Shown here piece after piece: positions 11,279 through 27,314 of a stretch of 39,124 nt of DNA. A program made the translations under genes and the position numbers. The number at the start of each line of letters is the position of its first letter. The first letter of the stretch is position 1. The notes under the pieces were generated by a model. The model did not search any database, was not told the origin of the DNA, and saw nothing but the letters and a program-made list of their open reading frames with translations. Origin of the DNA: Spirogloea muscicola (lineage: Eukaryota); contig WELB01000014.1 in assembly GCA_009602725.1 (NCBI GenBank), forward strand, positions 1,160,974 to 1,200,097. The letters run 5' to 3'.

Positions 11279-14200
11279 CTAGACAATTCCGCTTGCTGCC
11301 TCGATCGCAGTCGTTGAGGCTGTTCCTGTGTTGCCATTGAGGACTGTGATGTTACCATTTGCATCTACGTCCACAATGGCAGAGTCGCCCTCCTATGGGT
11401 CATAACATGAAGTCTTGGAGTCAGTGATTGTCAGTAACAGAAAAGGGGCTTGAAAGCATTCTTTCCACATTAGGTCAGAGCAATCAAATAGACAGGTACT
11501 GAGATAGCTCTGATCAGCAATCATGGCCACCCTCATCTGGCAGAATGGGTTGCTGCCTTTAGGGGTACTGCACATGTAATGTCCTCCTGCTTGATGCAAA
11601 TAGGCTGATAATCGAGGGTGCAGTACAACTGCTCAAGCTGTGAGAATGAGATGACTGTACCTTGATGGAGCCCTCAAGCAAGCGTTCCGCTAGGTTATCC
11701 TCAAGGAGCCGCATGATGGCCCTCCTCAGTGGCCTGGCTCCGTAGCTGGGGCTGTACCCTTCATCAACCTGCAACGAAGACGAGCACGTCATCAGCAGCA
11801 GGTGTGCACCGTGCTCCAACAGCATCCAGCCTTCAGCAAAGCTCTATAAACTGACCTCGGATTCAGAATTCTGCAACTTGACTTCAACTTTGTAACTACT
11901 CGCATGGCATCCCAACATTCCTAGGGAAGCTTGCACTATGACCAAGGCATGCCTCCATGAGCCAGCATACCACTCGGTCCTTGAAGCGTTCTGTGACCTC
12001 AAGATTGATCTCCTTCTTCTTCAAGCGCTCAAAGACCTCCTTGAGCATGAGGTCAGCAATTTCCTTGACCTCCAGCTTGGTAAGCTGGCGGAACACAATA
12101 ATTTCATCTAAGCGATTCAAGAACTCAGGTCGGAAGTACTGCTTCAATTCTTCATTCACCTGCACAACATGCAGAAAGGTAAACTGTTAGAACCTCTCTT
12201 CTAACTATTCTTGTGATGACACGGTCGACTCCTTGAGTACTTCGGCCCATGCCACATGCTCTTGCTTCACTCAGCAGCTGCACATGCAGGCCCAAAGGCC
12301 TATACAGGTTATAGGCCTTTGTATACTGTTGACTGGAGGTGATCTTCATTTATGTACTTGACATTCAAATATTCTGTGTGATTCTCAGTAACCTTGACTA
12401 ACGCTTCAGCAAACAATCGTGACTTACAAGCGACTTGATGCGGTTGTAAGAAGTATCTTTCTCATCATAATCGAGCTGGAAACCTATTCCACCGCCCCCT
12501 TTCTCAATGACGGAAGAGCCAACATTAGACGTCATGATGAGGAGAGTGTTCTTGAAGTCCACAGTGCGCCCTTTGCTATCCGTCAACCGTCCATCCTCAA
12601 GGATCTGAAGCAAGAATGTCAGCTTACTAATGGACCGCTTATTCAGACGGAATGTCCTTATTCAGCTTCTACTCTTACACATTGTTTTGTCAGAATGCTA
12701 GTCCTCCTTCTCATAGGCAATTACGTGAGCCATGATGGTTGTCACCTTCTAAGCCAGCATGCTGTCATCAGTGCCATCCACTTTCATTAGTTAAAATAGA
12801 TCTATGAAAGGTCTACCATTGCTTACTGCTGCTGGCAAATGAGCAGGTTGAGTGGGCTTCCAAGGGGGTACGACAATCACTTACCTGCAGCATCATGTTG
12901 AAAACATCTGGATGTGCCTTCTCAATCTCGTCAAAGAGAACCACAGTGTAAGGCCTGCGGCGGACAGCCTCAGTGAGTTGGCCCCCTTCTTGGTAGCCTA
13001 CATAACCAGGCGGCGATCCAATGAGCTTCGACACGGTGTGGCGCTCCATGAACTCGCTCATATCCAGCCGAATCATAGCCTGTAGACAGCACACAAGATC
13101 AGAAAAGCAGATGCTAGCTTGTGAAGAGAGCAGAAACACAATAGAAAAGCACTGAGGTGAAGCATTACAGCAACCTTGAGAAAGAGCACCACACTTCCAA
13201 ACCCACCTCCTCAGAGCCATAGTAGTAGGCTGCCAAGGACTTGGCAAGCTCTGACTTGCCGACTCCCGTTGGGCCTGAGAATATGAAGGAGGCTACGGGC
13301 CTGTTTGGATTCTTAAGGCCAACCCTTGCCCTTCTGATTGCTCGGCTGATGGCTCGCACAGCCTCCTCCTGGCCAATCAAACGCTGGTGCAGATTCTCCT
13401 CCATCTTCAGAAGCCTGCTGGACTCATCAGAACTCACCTGCAACAAGGCCTAGTGGTCAGGCCTGCCAAGATACTCATGTAAGAGATACTAGCTGCACAT
13501 GGAGGTCTGGTATCTAACAAGAAGTAGAAACGGTATGTGCTTGCAGGAGAAGACTGGTTCGCTTGCAGTTAGACGGGATCTGACAATTAAATGGGACAGA
13601 CTCTTACCTTGTCAACCGGTATGCCAGTCCACATGCAAACAATATGTGCAATGTGTGCTTCAGTCACAATAGGGCCGCTGTCTCCGGACTCCTCCTCAGC
13701 CTTGTTCTTCTCCTTGTCCTTGGACACAAGAGCATTGATTTGCGCCCGCAGCTCCATCTCTTTGTCCCTCATCTCGCCTGCCTGCAACAGCATGAATAGG
13801 TGCCAGGCCATGACTCAGTGGAAAATTTCCGGGTACCTTACAAACCATGCGACCACAGAAGTTGTGACTACATTGTGAGCAGCTTCTCGCCTCCTGTGAC
13901 TTTCTGATGCTAACCACGATGTAAGCCCACCCAATCATACATACAGTGCAGATAGATATGAGTGGGTGCATATAGCTGCAGCTTTTGCAGAAAGGAACAT
14001 GCTTTTTCTCAAGTATACGAGCAGCAATGGCTCGTCCACCCACACTATGGTTTGCAATATAGATATGCACACCTTCTCAAAGTCTTGATTGCGAACAAGT
14101 TCGTCCTTCTCCTTGGTGAGAGCTCTTAATTCTTTGTCTAAGGCGCGGGCTTCCTCTGGGAGCTGTTGATCAGAAGACATAAGTTGTTTAGGGTGAGAGC

Positions 14201-17200
14201 TCTCAATTCTTTGTCTGAAGTGTGGGCTTTCTCTGGGAGTATTTCAATAAGAAGAGATGACTTATGTGGTTTAAAGAAGTGATAACAAGTGCCACTATAT
14301 TGGCAATCACTGAGATGAAATGCGCAGTATCAAGAAGCGCTTGAAGGAGTGTATGCAAAGTAGACCAACTGCACCTGGCCATGTTGAAGCCGGACACGCG
14401 AGCCAGCCTCGTCAATGAGATCGATGGCTTTGTCAGGGAGAAAGCGATCACTGAAAGAATACAGACCCACATGTGATCAGTTAATGCCATCTACCAGACT
14501 CAAGATACGCAAAAACAATGTCACGTCTAATGACACATAAGTGGTGGAGGAGCAGTAAGGCAATGCAAGACATGTGGGGAGTACAATACCTGATATACTG
14601 ATATGACAATTGGGCAGCAGAAACGAGTGCTTCGTCAGTATATCGCAGCTTGTGATGGATCTCATAGCGCTCTCTTAAACCCCTCAAAATATCCACGGTC
14701 TCTTCGACAGATGGCTCCGGAACCTGAGCCACAGTTACAAGGCATTTCCGAATTGAATAATATGTAATGTAAATGTCCCTGTAAGTGTTGCAAAGTACAG
14801 ACTTTAAGCACAACAAGTAGATGATGGTTCGTGCAGGCCTGAGTGTCTGATTTGTTGGACTACCATGACTGGCTGGAATCGCCGTTCGAGAGCAGCATCC
14901 TTCTCGATGTGCTTCCGATATTCGTCGAGTGTTGTAGCACCTATGACCTAGGTAGTGCACGTGAAGAGCTTCAGGAATGAGGCGGTACCAGCCATGCAGT
15001 TGGAGCACACCAGCTATGCAGCAAGAGCACAAACCCCAGAAACTTAAATACTCCAGAACTTCAACCCTGAATCATGCTCATTGAGACTAGAAGAGGCTGG
15101 GCAACTACCTGCAATTCTCCTCTAGACAAGGCAGGCTTGAGAATGTTAGCAGCATCTATGGCCCCCTCGGCTGCTCCAGCACCAATTAGAGTGTGGACTT
15201 CGTCGATCACAAGGATGACATCTGAAGATGCCTTGATCTCTTCCATCAGCTTCTTCAGGCGCTCCTCAAATTCCCCTCGATATTTTGTGCCTGCAACCAG
15301 CAGCCCTAGGTCCAGGGTAATGACCTGCAAAAGCACAAATCTTGTCCATGCATTATGCAACTTTTCTGCTTCACTTCGATGTATTTAGGGATAACAACAC
15401 TTCCTGTGAGTAACTTAAGTAAAAGCATTGCCGTACGTTATTTACTCTTGCAGATTGCAGTTTGCACTCTCACCCTCTTGCCTTCTATGGTCTCAGGGGC
15501 ATCCCCACTAGCAATTCTTTGTGCAAGACCTTCGGCAATGGCTGTCTTGCCAACACCTGGCTCACCAACCAGGCAAGGGTTGTTCTTCGTTCTCCGCCCT
15601 AATATTTGTGTGACCCGCTCAATCTGAGGCTTTCTTCCTACTACGGGGTCAAGCTTGCCCTGAACACAGGCAAGACACAGTCTCAGTGTTTCCCGAAGCA
15701 GCTAACAAGCAACGAGAATGACACGATCTTTGATAGTAGTAGCCTGCAGGAAGAGAGGAGAATGCACCTCCATTGCCATCTTGGTGAGGTCTGTGCCGAA
15801 CTCCTCCAAGGTTGGAGTCTTGGTTGCTTTTCCAGATGCAGCTCCTCCAGTGGTGACAAGGTCATTACTCTCCCCCACCATCCTTATTACCTGCAGCAAT
15901 GTGATCAAAGTAATATATATGGCTCAACAAGCTTTTATACGAAGTTTTGCAGAACGAGAGCATGGTCATGCACAAGGGGGACGTCAGGGCCTGACGATGT
16001 CAAATTTGGTCAAGCTTAGGGGTGTCACAAGGGCAGACCAAGCCAAGAAGCACTGAAACACGGTGACGCACATGTAGCATACCTGTCCACTGTGGAATGA
16101 GCCAGATATGCAGAAAGCCTGTCTGCTCTACTCAAGACTCCTCTTGTAATGGCATGCATTATCAGTGTGCGCAGCACTACCTGATAGACAAGCTTTCTTA
16201 ATCAGGGAGGTTGAAGTGTCAGAAGCGGTCTCGGCTAACACAATTGCCCTGCAACCCCACTCCAAAGTCTTATGCTCACTTGAGTGCGGATCTTCTGAGG
16301 GTCGGCCCCGAGATTCTCAAGGACCCGAGCAGCAACACCCTCGCCTTCAAGTAGAAGACCCAGCAGCAGGTGCTCTGTTCCGATGTAGTTGTGACCTAGC
16401 ATGACAGACATTATACAATGCCAGGACGCCATCAAGACGCCACCGACGATTATTGAGCAAGACTGTGAGGGTGAGTGCAGTGTGGTGCTTTTTGCTCTGC
16501 AGCGGAACTGTCAGTGCACCCAAATCTGTGACTTAAGAGCAGAATTGACTAAGCAGGGACAAGAAGATGCAGCAGATGGCGAAGCAGGATGAAGGCTGTG
16601 CTTTAGTACCAAGCTGGCGAGCCTCTTCCAGAGAGAGCTCCAGGACGCGCTTTGCGCGTGGCGTAAACGGTATCTCCACGGCCACAAATCCACTTCCCCT
16701 ACCGATGATCTGCCACATGGTATGGTATATCACTTTGTTATAATAGTCAGAGGACCATGGCACAAGACAGCTCCAAGGCTCCAACAATGATGTTAACAGC
16801 AAATTTGAGTATCTATGCATAGACAGCACCTTTTCCACTTCCGTTCGACCCTCTTTGAGATTCACGCCCATGGATTTCAATACTTTGGCTGCTATTCCAG
16901 TCCCTTCTCCAATAAGTCCAAGCAGAATCTGCAGAGCAGATGGCAGAATTCTATCAAAGTAGACTGCAGACCGTGTCCAATCCTTTGCATTAACACAACA
17001 GTATTGCATTTGACTTCTGGTAGCTCATGCCTCCTCACTGGAGAAGTCACGAGCTTGAGTTGCGGGGCAGCACAGGAAGCCACACTGACGCAATGACAAA
17101 GGGGTGGACAAAGTCAAGTGTGCAAACCTGCTCGGTCCCAACAAAATTGTGGCCTAAACGCCGAGCCTCCTCTTGTGCTAGCATGACCACTTTGATTGCC

Positions 17201-17855
17201 TGCCATCACAAAGGGAAGTATCGAGACCTCTTAAGCGTGTCAGGGAACGAACAAGGGACAAGAATGGTTGATATGCTTGACGATACTCAGGGATTATATC
17301 CGAACCGAATTCAACCATAATATACAACAGGCAAGGGAGCGCACAATGACATATGCCACGACATCATTGTCTGTCCTGCGTCCACAATCTGGCATACATT
17401 AGCAGGCGACGGTCAACACCTCAGCTGCCTAATAACGCGCATGGTCTGCTAAATTGCCTCTCGAATCAAAGTGGGATGTCGCTGTGTCCCAATGGCAACA
17501 GAAGGTGGAGCACTGGGAGCCCCACCTTCTCTGTGAAACGCTCAAACATGGCCACAGTCCGGGCGGCTCCGGAGCCGCTGCCAGCCGCCCGGATCCTCCT
17601 GGAGACTACACTCACGAAGCTCCGGTCTCTGCCACCGGCCGCCACCGCCGCATTGCCGTTGTGGCCTCGGAGGCCCGCAGCCTGCACGACCGGCGGAGTC
17701 CTCGAGCTCCCCGCCGCCGCACACGGTCGCACGCCATGGCGGCATTGAGAGTGGATGCCGCCGCCGGAGCGGCGGAGTGCGGGCTGCGGCGCCCGCAGCG
17801 GCGGCGCCGGCAGCCGCGCGCACTCCGGGACGCCGGCGCGGGCCAACTGCGCCAT
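11279..17855 (-). CDS. CLPC: Chloroplast Hsp100 chaperone / Clp protease ATP-binding subunit ClpC
   Basis: 19 exons: 17855-17526, 17199-17128, 16928-16830, 16709-16610, 16395-16280, 15890-15768, 15659-15474, 15324-15109, 14947-14864, 14723-14590, 14450-14375, 14162-14073, 13781-13608, 13437-13207, 13079-12885, 12604-12428, 12159-11971, 11768-11661, 11392-11279. Transit peptide then [12 protein letters not shown]; Clp-N repeats; Walker A GEPGVGKT and GPTGVGKS; Walker B IDEVH and FDEIEK; UVR segment; IGF loop; GARPLRR. Confidence 0.97.
14115..14275. repeat. 77-bp-period tandem duplication spanning the ClpC intron 11/exon 12 junction
   Basis: ggtgagagctcttaattctttgtctaaggcgcgggcttcctctgggag (14115) versus ggtgagagctctcaattctttgtctgaagtgtgggctttctctgggag (14192). 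Confidence 0.9.
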
Positions 17856-18269
17856 GGCGCCCCTCCCACGCTCTCCCTCTCTCTCCCTCTCTCGATATCC
17901 CGCTTCCCACTCTGTGGCCTGGCGAGTGCGCTCCCCTGGCGTGCTGCCAGCGACTTCGAGGCCTTGCCGCCGCCGCCGCCGTCGCCGCCGACGCGTCTGC
18001 CGGCGGGCGCTCCGCGGGCGGGCGCGGGGGAGCGTGCTCGGCTGGCACGTCCGACTAGGCCTCCACGAGGCGGGCGAAGCTGCAAGCTCAAGAACCCGAG
18101 CGCCCCAATCCACTTTCTGCACTAGCTTTCGCCTCAGCGATGAATTGGCGTCAATTGGCCACCCTTTCGTTTCACGCGCACCCCGCGCCGTCTCTCATCC
18201 ATCAGACCGAACGACTATGAAGCGTTCGGCTGAACAATTGGAGAAAGAAGGAAGACTCTTCCGGTAGCG

Positions 18270-18430
18270 GCGATGGCTGTTCTTGGCCAGCCCAGAAAAA
18301 GGGTGAGCAAAGTTGGGGGAAGCCAACCAGAGGCTTGGATGGTTCCGCCACATATGAACAAGAGCTCATCCAACAGGAGATGACGGTGTGAGAAAGAAAG
18401 GTCAGCCCGAAAGGAATGTCCAATGGGGCT
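18270..18430 (-). repeat. Two further copies of the stem-loop repeat upstream of ClpC
   Basis: Minus strand reads ttggacattcctttcgggctgaccttt (~18425-18398), then ggatgagctcttgttc, then ctttgctcaccctttttctgggctggccaagaacagcc (~18312-18275). Confidence 0.7.
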
Positions 18431-19112
18431 GTAAAGCACAGACCCTTCAGCAATGCAAGCTACAAGCTGCTAGTGCAGGCAGTTGCTGATGAGAGGAGAG
18501 AGAATGTTGGTAAGGTGCCCCACACCTTGCGAGCTCGCACCTATCTCAAGCACCTGCAGCTTGTGTGGGCCGGCTGCCATACACTGACTTTGGCCACCTT
18601 CACTAGCCACTTGCAGCCGCCTGTGCTGGAGCAACTGGACTCGAAATGCAGACAGCTGATTGCGTGAGTCTTGCTAAAGCTGGGCAGTGGCGAAGAGTCA
18701 AAAGGAGGAAGAATCCACGTGTCCTGTCACATGTGCAGTTACTTTGCATGATGGACACACATATGCTACGAGAGACAAGTGGCCACGCTTGGACTCCGTA
18801 CAGGTGCCTCGTAAGATGGCGCGGAGGCATTCCTTGTGGTGCTGCACAGCGATGCTTGTCTACGAGAATTAGTGTACATCTTTCTATTTCCTGCTGAGAA
18901 ATCTCCGCTACTCGTAGCTGCAAAGACGATGAACGAACGAACTGCCCAGGGACCCACTTAAAATGTTGTGGTATCGGCACTGCCATTCATGTGTAGGCTG
19001 ACCACTACTGCCAATTCAGGGTCCTGACTGTGGAACTGTGCACGCTACTCTAGCTCTCAGATCGATTAGGCAAGTGGGATTATCTTTTCTAAATGGCAAT
19101 GCATCACTGACC

Positions 19113-21711
19113 TCACGTAAAGTAGCTGCCGAGCTTGCCAGCTACATCCTCCTCATCCTCTGCAAGCTCAGTCTCTTCAAGCTCGTAATCTTCTAATGGA
19201 ATGTCAGGCCCGTCCTCACTGCCATCGGCCTGCGGCGGCGGTCTGCCGGCTCCCTCAGTAGCTGGCTTGCTTTCTGAAGGACCACGTTCTTCAGGCACGG
19301 CGTGCCCTGTTGCATCACTCACAGGGATGGACCCTAGCTCACCAGCAATGGTCGTCCTCTCCTCGGCGCCAGACACGCCTCGGCCTTGGCTAGCAACCAA
19401 GGCTGGCATTTTGGCATCTTCTTTAGCAGGTAGCCTGGTCTGACCAAGGAGCTGCCGCGCCCTGGCAGCAGCAGCAGCGCCAAAACGCTTTGCAGGCACG
19501 CCTGCCTCAGGCTGACGAGCCCCAGCATTCGTCTCAGGCCCAGGACTGCTTTTGGCACCACCTACAGCTGGCTGCGGTTGCTGCGCAGACTTCGTCTTGT
19601 CAGCCAGGATCTCCTCAAGCGACTTGGGCCCGTCGAAGGGCCCAAGCTCCTGCCCCTGCTCCTTCCTGCGCTTCTTGCTGTCAGATGCACCTACACCTGC
19701 GCTGCTCCCGCCATTGTGGTGCTCATTTCGGTGCTCTTGACCCATTTGAGAGCCCACTCTCTGCCACATTGTCCAGATTCAATGGGTTGGTCAAGCCTTG
19801 ACTGTAAAGTTGACTGTCAATCACCTATGGTGATTGCTGCAGACAAGAGAAAATGAGATTCTCGAAAGAACCTTCCAGCTCAGATTGCCAGCTCAAAAGT
19901 GCTCAGCAATATGTACCTGTGTAGAAGGCTCGCTTTTCTTGCCAGGACCCTGCTCAGGTCCAGCACCCAGGCGCTTCCGAAGGCGGGTGGACATTGGCTG
20001 GCCAGGGCCAGGCGCAGTCCTGGCCTGTACAGCGTGCGTGCCCATGTCGAGCACCACTTCCAGCCCAGCCTCGCCATACTCCCCTGCAGTGAAGCCATTC
20101 AACTGGCCGGCGCCATTCATGTAGTACCCTCCGAGCCTGTCCCGCACACTCCTCCGCCGCCGCTTTTGGCTCAGCTGGTAAGCGCCGTAGTCGTCATCCT
20201 CGAAATATCCATCGCCGTAGACCTCTGCATAGTGTGTTCTGACCCCCGGCTCCCCGGCATCATCGTCGACGAGAACATCGAACTCCTCCTGATCAAAGTC
20301 GTCGCCCTCGCTGTGCCCCTGCGTCTCCTCAATGCCGGACCGCGTCTGCAGCCTACCCACAAGCTTGCTGGCAGGGATGACTGCCGGCCTGGCAGTGCCA
20401 GGAGCCACCGGCGGAGCCAGCCCAGGCGGCCGTCTGTAGACGTTCTTGAATTTCGGTGTGACGGAAGCAGACTGAGGTGGCGACGACGGCTGCTGCGCGT
20501 TCGCCCCACCTGCCCCCGCCCCCCCGCTCTTGGAGGATCCGGTCGAGGCGGCTGCGCCTCCGGCGGGTGAGGGAGCGGCGTGCTTCTCAGCAGCGTGGAG
20601 GTAGGGACAGCGGTCGCCCTTAAAGCAGAAGCCCTGCGCAAAGTAGAAGCAGCGCGCATTGTCTGCTTCCAGCGCGGTGGGCACGAGCCGGCCATCCAGC
20701 GGCTGCCACAGCCACAGGCGGCGATCATCAGTCACAGGTGCGAGTGCACATGGATGTAAGTCAAGTCAAGTGTAAGCTGGCCACCGCAATCAAGATGTGG
20801 CCTTGTGCATTCCCGCTGGTTTGCAAAGGCTCCAGCTTACAGGACTTCACCACACCCAACTCAGCAATGAAGCGGACGACACCATAGCCCGAGCACGCTC
20901 CCAGCTCTGGCAATTGCCCACAGGCGCAGAGCTGGACCAGACCGCGTGGTGGCCGGAGCGAGCGGTCACCGACCGGGTGGCGAAAGGGGCAATCGAGGCG
21001 CGCGCAGCAGTCGGAGAGCCAGAAGACGCAGTCCCGAGGGTTGGCCCGCGCGGCGTCGCTGTGCCGGAACTCGCACTCTGCGCCCTGCCCGCGACAGCAG
21101 CAGACTCCAACAGTCTGAGGGCAGCAGCTCAACGGCAGCCGTCCGGGAGCCATGGCTGCCGCCGCAGTCAAGGCCTGCAGCTCTTCTCGCCAGCCAAAGG
21201 CTTCCGGCAGAGACGAGAGTTTCACGTCACGCGTGTTGCCTCCAGTTACGGTGAACGTCCAGTCCAGCAACTCTGGCAGAGCTGCCCCGGTCCGCCATAT
21301 AGCGCAGTGAAGCCACGCCGGAGCTCGGGGTCGTCTCCATGGCGAAGAGGAAACGGGCGAAACGGAGTGGCGGACCTTCTTGCAGGAGGCGGGGGAGGCG
21401 AGGTAGTAGACGCAGTCCGTGCGCGCCCGGCGCGAGGCCTCCTCGCGCTCCTTCCGCGCCTCGCCCGCCCCCGCCGCCGGCCCNNNNNNNNNNNNNNNNN
21501 NNNNNNNNNNNNNNNNNNNNNNNNNNNNNNNNNNNNNNNNNNNNNNNNNNNNNNNNNNNNNNNNNNNNNNNNNNNNNNNNNNNNNNNNNNNNNNNNNNNN
21601 NNNNNNNNNNNNNNNNNNNNNNNNNNNNNNNNNNNNNNNNNNNNNNNNNNNNNNNNNNNNNNNNNNNNNNNNNNNNNNNNGGCGGGCGGGGCGCCCACCC
21701 GCCATCGCCAT
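19113..21711 (-). CDS. Triple-CCCH zinc finger protein, ZC3H11A / Arabidopsis C3H17-like
   Basis: Exons 21711?-21376 (contains the N gap), 21084-20974, 20702-19917, 19760-19113. TDCVYYLASPASCKKGAECEFRHS, NPRDCVFWLSDCCARLDCPFRHPPLDG, CFYFAQGFCFKGDRCPYLH, the FDGPKSLEEIL motif and an acidic tail ending KLGSYFT* match the plant family. The start codon is uncertain because of the gap. Confidence 0.88.
21484..21680. other. Assembly gap (197 N)
   Basis: Run of N inside the GC-rich first exon of the CCCH gene. Confidence 1.
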
Positions 21712-21740
21712 AGCGCTCGACGGCGAGCACCCTCCAGGAC

Positions 21741-21751
21741 CGCCGCCGCCT

Positions 21752-21785
<34 letters not shown>
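21741..21785 (+). repeat. (GCC)n microsatellite in the 5' region of the CCCH gene
   Basis: cgccgccgcctccgccgccgccgcc... seen directly. Confidence 0.9.
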
Positions 21786-22476
21786 GACCAAGGCAGCGAG
21801 GGGGTGCAGCGTGATTGTTAACGATGCCGAATAGAAGCTGCCGCGCCGTTTGAGCCGACGAGCCAACGAGAATACGAGAACCGCAAATTGGCTATCCTAG
21901 GTAACCAAGCACCCCAAGAACGTGGATTGGACCTTCCCACTGTGAGCGTTGCTGCACGATCATAACGTGACTGCAGCCTTACTGCATCTCCTTCGCTGTG
22001 CCCTCTTCTCGTACCCTATCTTTGCTGGCTAATTCATACGCCCTACTGTACAGCCCTTCTCCTTGTCTACCAAAACCACCAACAATGCACAGGAGGCCAC
22101 CTTTCCGATCAAACCCTCCATCATTTGCAGGACGACCTGCTGCAGACTTTATGCTGCCCAACATGTGGCAAAAGTGTGCCTTATCAAGGGACAAGTGAGT
22201 CTGAAAGACAGTATGCAAATTTCATGATTTGCTTGATTCCCAAATGGAGCCACTTGATATGCTCTGGATGTTGGTAAAGTGAGCGACGCACAGTCTGTGC
22301 CTCAATCAAGCTCCATACAGAGGAGAAACTTGACGGGCTTCCCCTGTGCAGCTTTCATTCCAGGGGAAGAACAACCTGCCCTACTAGTGAAGCCATCACT
22401 GCGCTCCCGGAATGGAAGGTGATCGCCTCAACAGGCTTTCTCCTTGCAGGCACCAATTTCAAGCTCACGCCTCTCC

Positions 22477-25758
<3,282 letters not shown>

Positions 25759-25822
25759 GGCTGCAGGTCCTGAAAGCGACGCGGAGGCAACGGTGGCGAC
25801 GGCGGGGGCGGCGACGGCGCGG

Positions 25823-25823
<1 letters not shown>

Positions 25824-25886
<63 letters not shown>
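25824..25886 (+). repeat. (GGCGAC)10.5 hexanucleotide microsatellite in the UAP56 5' leader
   Basis: Ten perfect GGCGAC units plus GGC, about 65 bp upstream of the UAP56 ATG. Confidence 0.95.
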
Positions 25887-26164
25887 TCCGGAGGCGCGAC
25901 GACGAGCGGACTGTGCACAGGATCCGGCAGCGGCTGCAGCTAAGGCGGCAAGAGCGGCTGAGGTGGTGAAAACAGTGGTTGCGACGGTGATTGCGACAGC
26001 GACGGCGCCTGCGACAGCGGCGGCGGCCGCGGCGGCGGCGGCGACGGCGGGCGGCAGTCACCCGAGCAAGCAGGCGCGGGGCGGGGGGGGGCGGGGCGCG
26101 CGGCTTTGGTCCGGAGCTTGCGCGAGTGCTCGACTATGGCGGGGCGTAGTGGCGCGAGTCCAAA

Positions 26165-26172
26165 AAACCCTA
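26165..26172 (+). promoter_or_regulatory. Telo-box (AAACCCTA) in the UAP56/PPR-SMR divergent promoter
   Basis: aaaccctag within a GC-rich island ~400 bp upstream of the UAP56 ATG. Telo-boxes are known from plant translation and RNA-processing gene promoters. Confidence 0.45.
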
Positions 26173-27314
26173 GCCCGGGGGGGCGCGGGGCGGGGGCCCG
26201 ATCCGGATGCGCCCATCGAAGCCGTCGGTTTGGGGTCGATCTGCGCCGTCCCGACGGCGCTCGGCCAGCCTGCGCCGTCGATCAAGGAGTGGCGGAGCAG
26301 GGCGTACAGGGCCTGACGCGGCCAACGAACGGCACACTGACCTCCGTCCCGTTGGCGTCCCGTCGCGAGAGCGTCTAGTCGGAGGAAGCCAGCCGTCCGA
26401 TGCGCCAGATTAGGCTCCGATTGACCAGCCTTTCGGCCAGCCTCCAGCCGGAAATAGAGTAGACATCAGAGTTGCTCATTCTCTGTGTTCCCGACTTTCT
26501 TCTGTAAGTCAGAAAGGTGCTCTTGCACAAGAGATGGCCCCCTTCTCGTCCTTTTGTTGATTTTTCTTCTTTCACAGCCCTTCGCCCCGTTGTGGACGAG
26601 AGCTGCGTATTCTCTGATTCTTTGCCCACCACAGTGGGGGCCGCAGCTTCGTTCCGCTTTCGCTCCCACAAAGCCCACGCTAGCATGATCGCAGCCCCGG
26701 GCATGGCGGCGCGGGCGCCGGCCCGGGGCCGCGGGCAGGCGGTGCCGGGCTGCCGTCGGCCTCCGGCGGCGGCGCGACGACGCGCCGCCAACCGCCTAGC
26801 GGCCTGAGAGCCTCTGCGAGAGCGCGCTGCTGTTTCATCCAGATCGCGGCTCTCGTCCAGCCGGCTCAAGCCCCCATTGCAGCCTCCGTCGTCAGCAGCG
26901 GTCTACAGCTCCGACTTCCCGAGACGTCTGACTGAGACCGAGGCGCAACGATGCAGGCGAGTCATTCTCCGCATGCTGCGTCGCGTGGCGTGCCGGACCC
27001 TGGGCGCGGCAACTGTTGATTTTGCTCCGAGAGCTGGCCTGACGGGCAACACCAAGGACGGTCGACCAGAGATGAGGTTCTCGCCCGTGCGCGCAGGAGA
27101 TAAGGGGATCACTGAAAGAGGCTCTTCGGTCTTCCTTTGTAGTATTCAGTGAAGGGTTTTATTGGTTAAGGAGGCCTCTCATTGCTTTCTGCGACAGCTA
27201 GCCCGAATGGCTTCCTGAACTCTGGGCGAGCCTGTTACTCACTTGCTGCATTTGCTAGTTCGCTGACAGCAGAGCTTGCCGGGTCCTACGTGTGTACTGC
27301 GCGTACAGGGCGCC

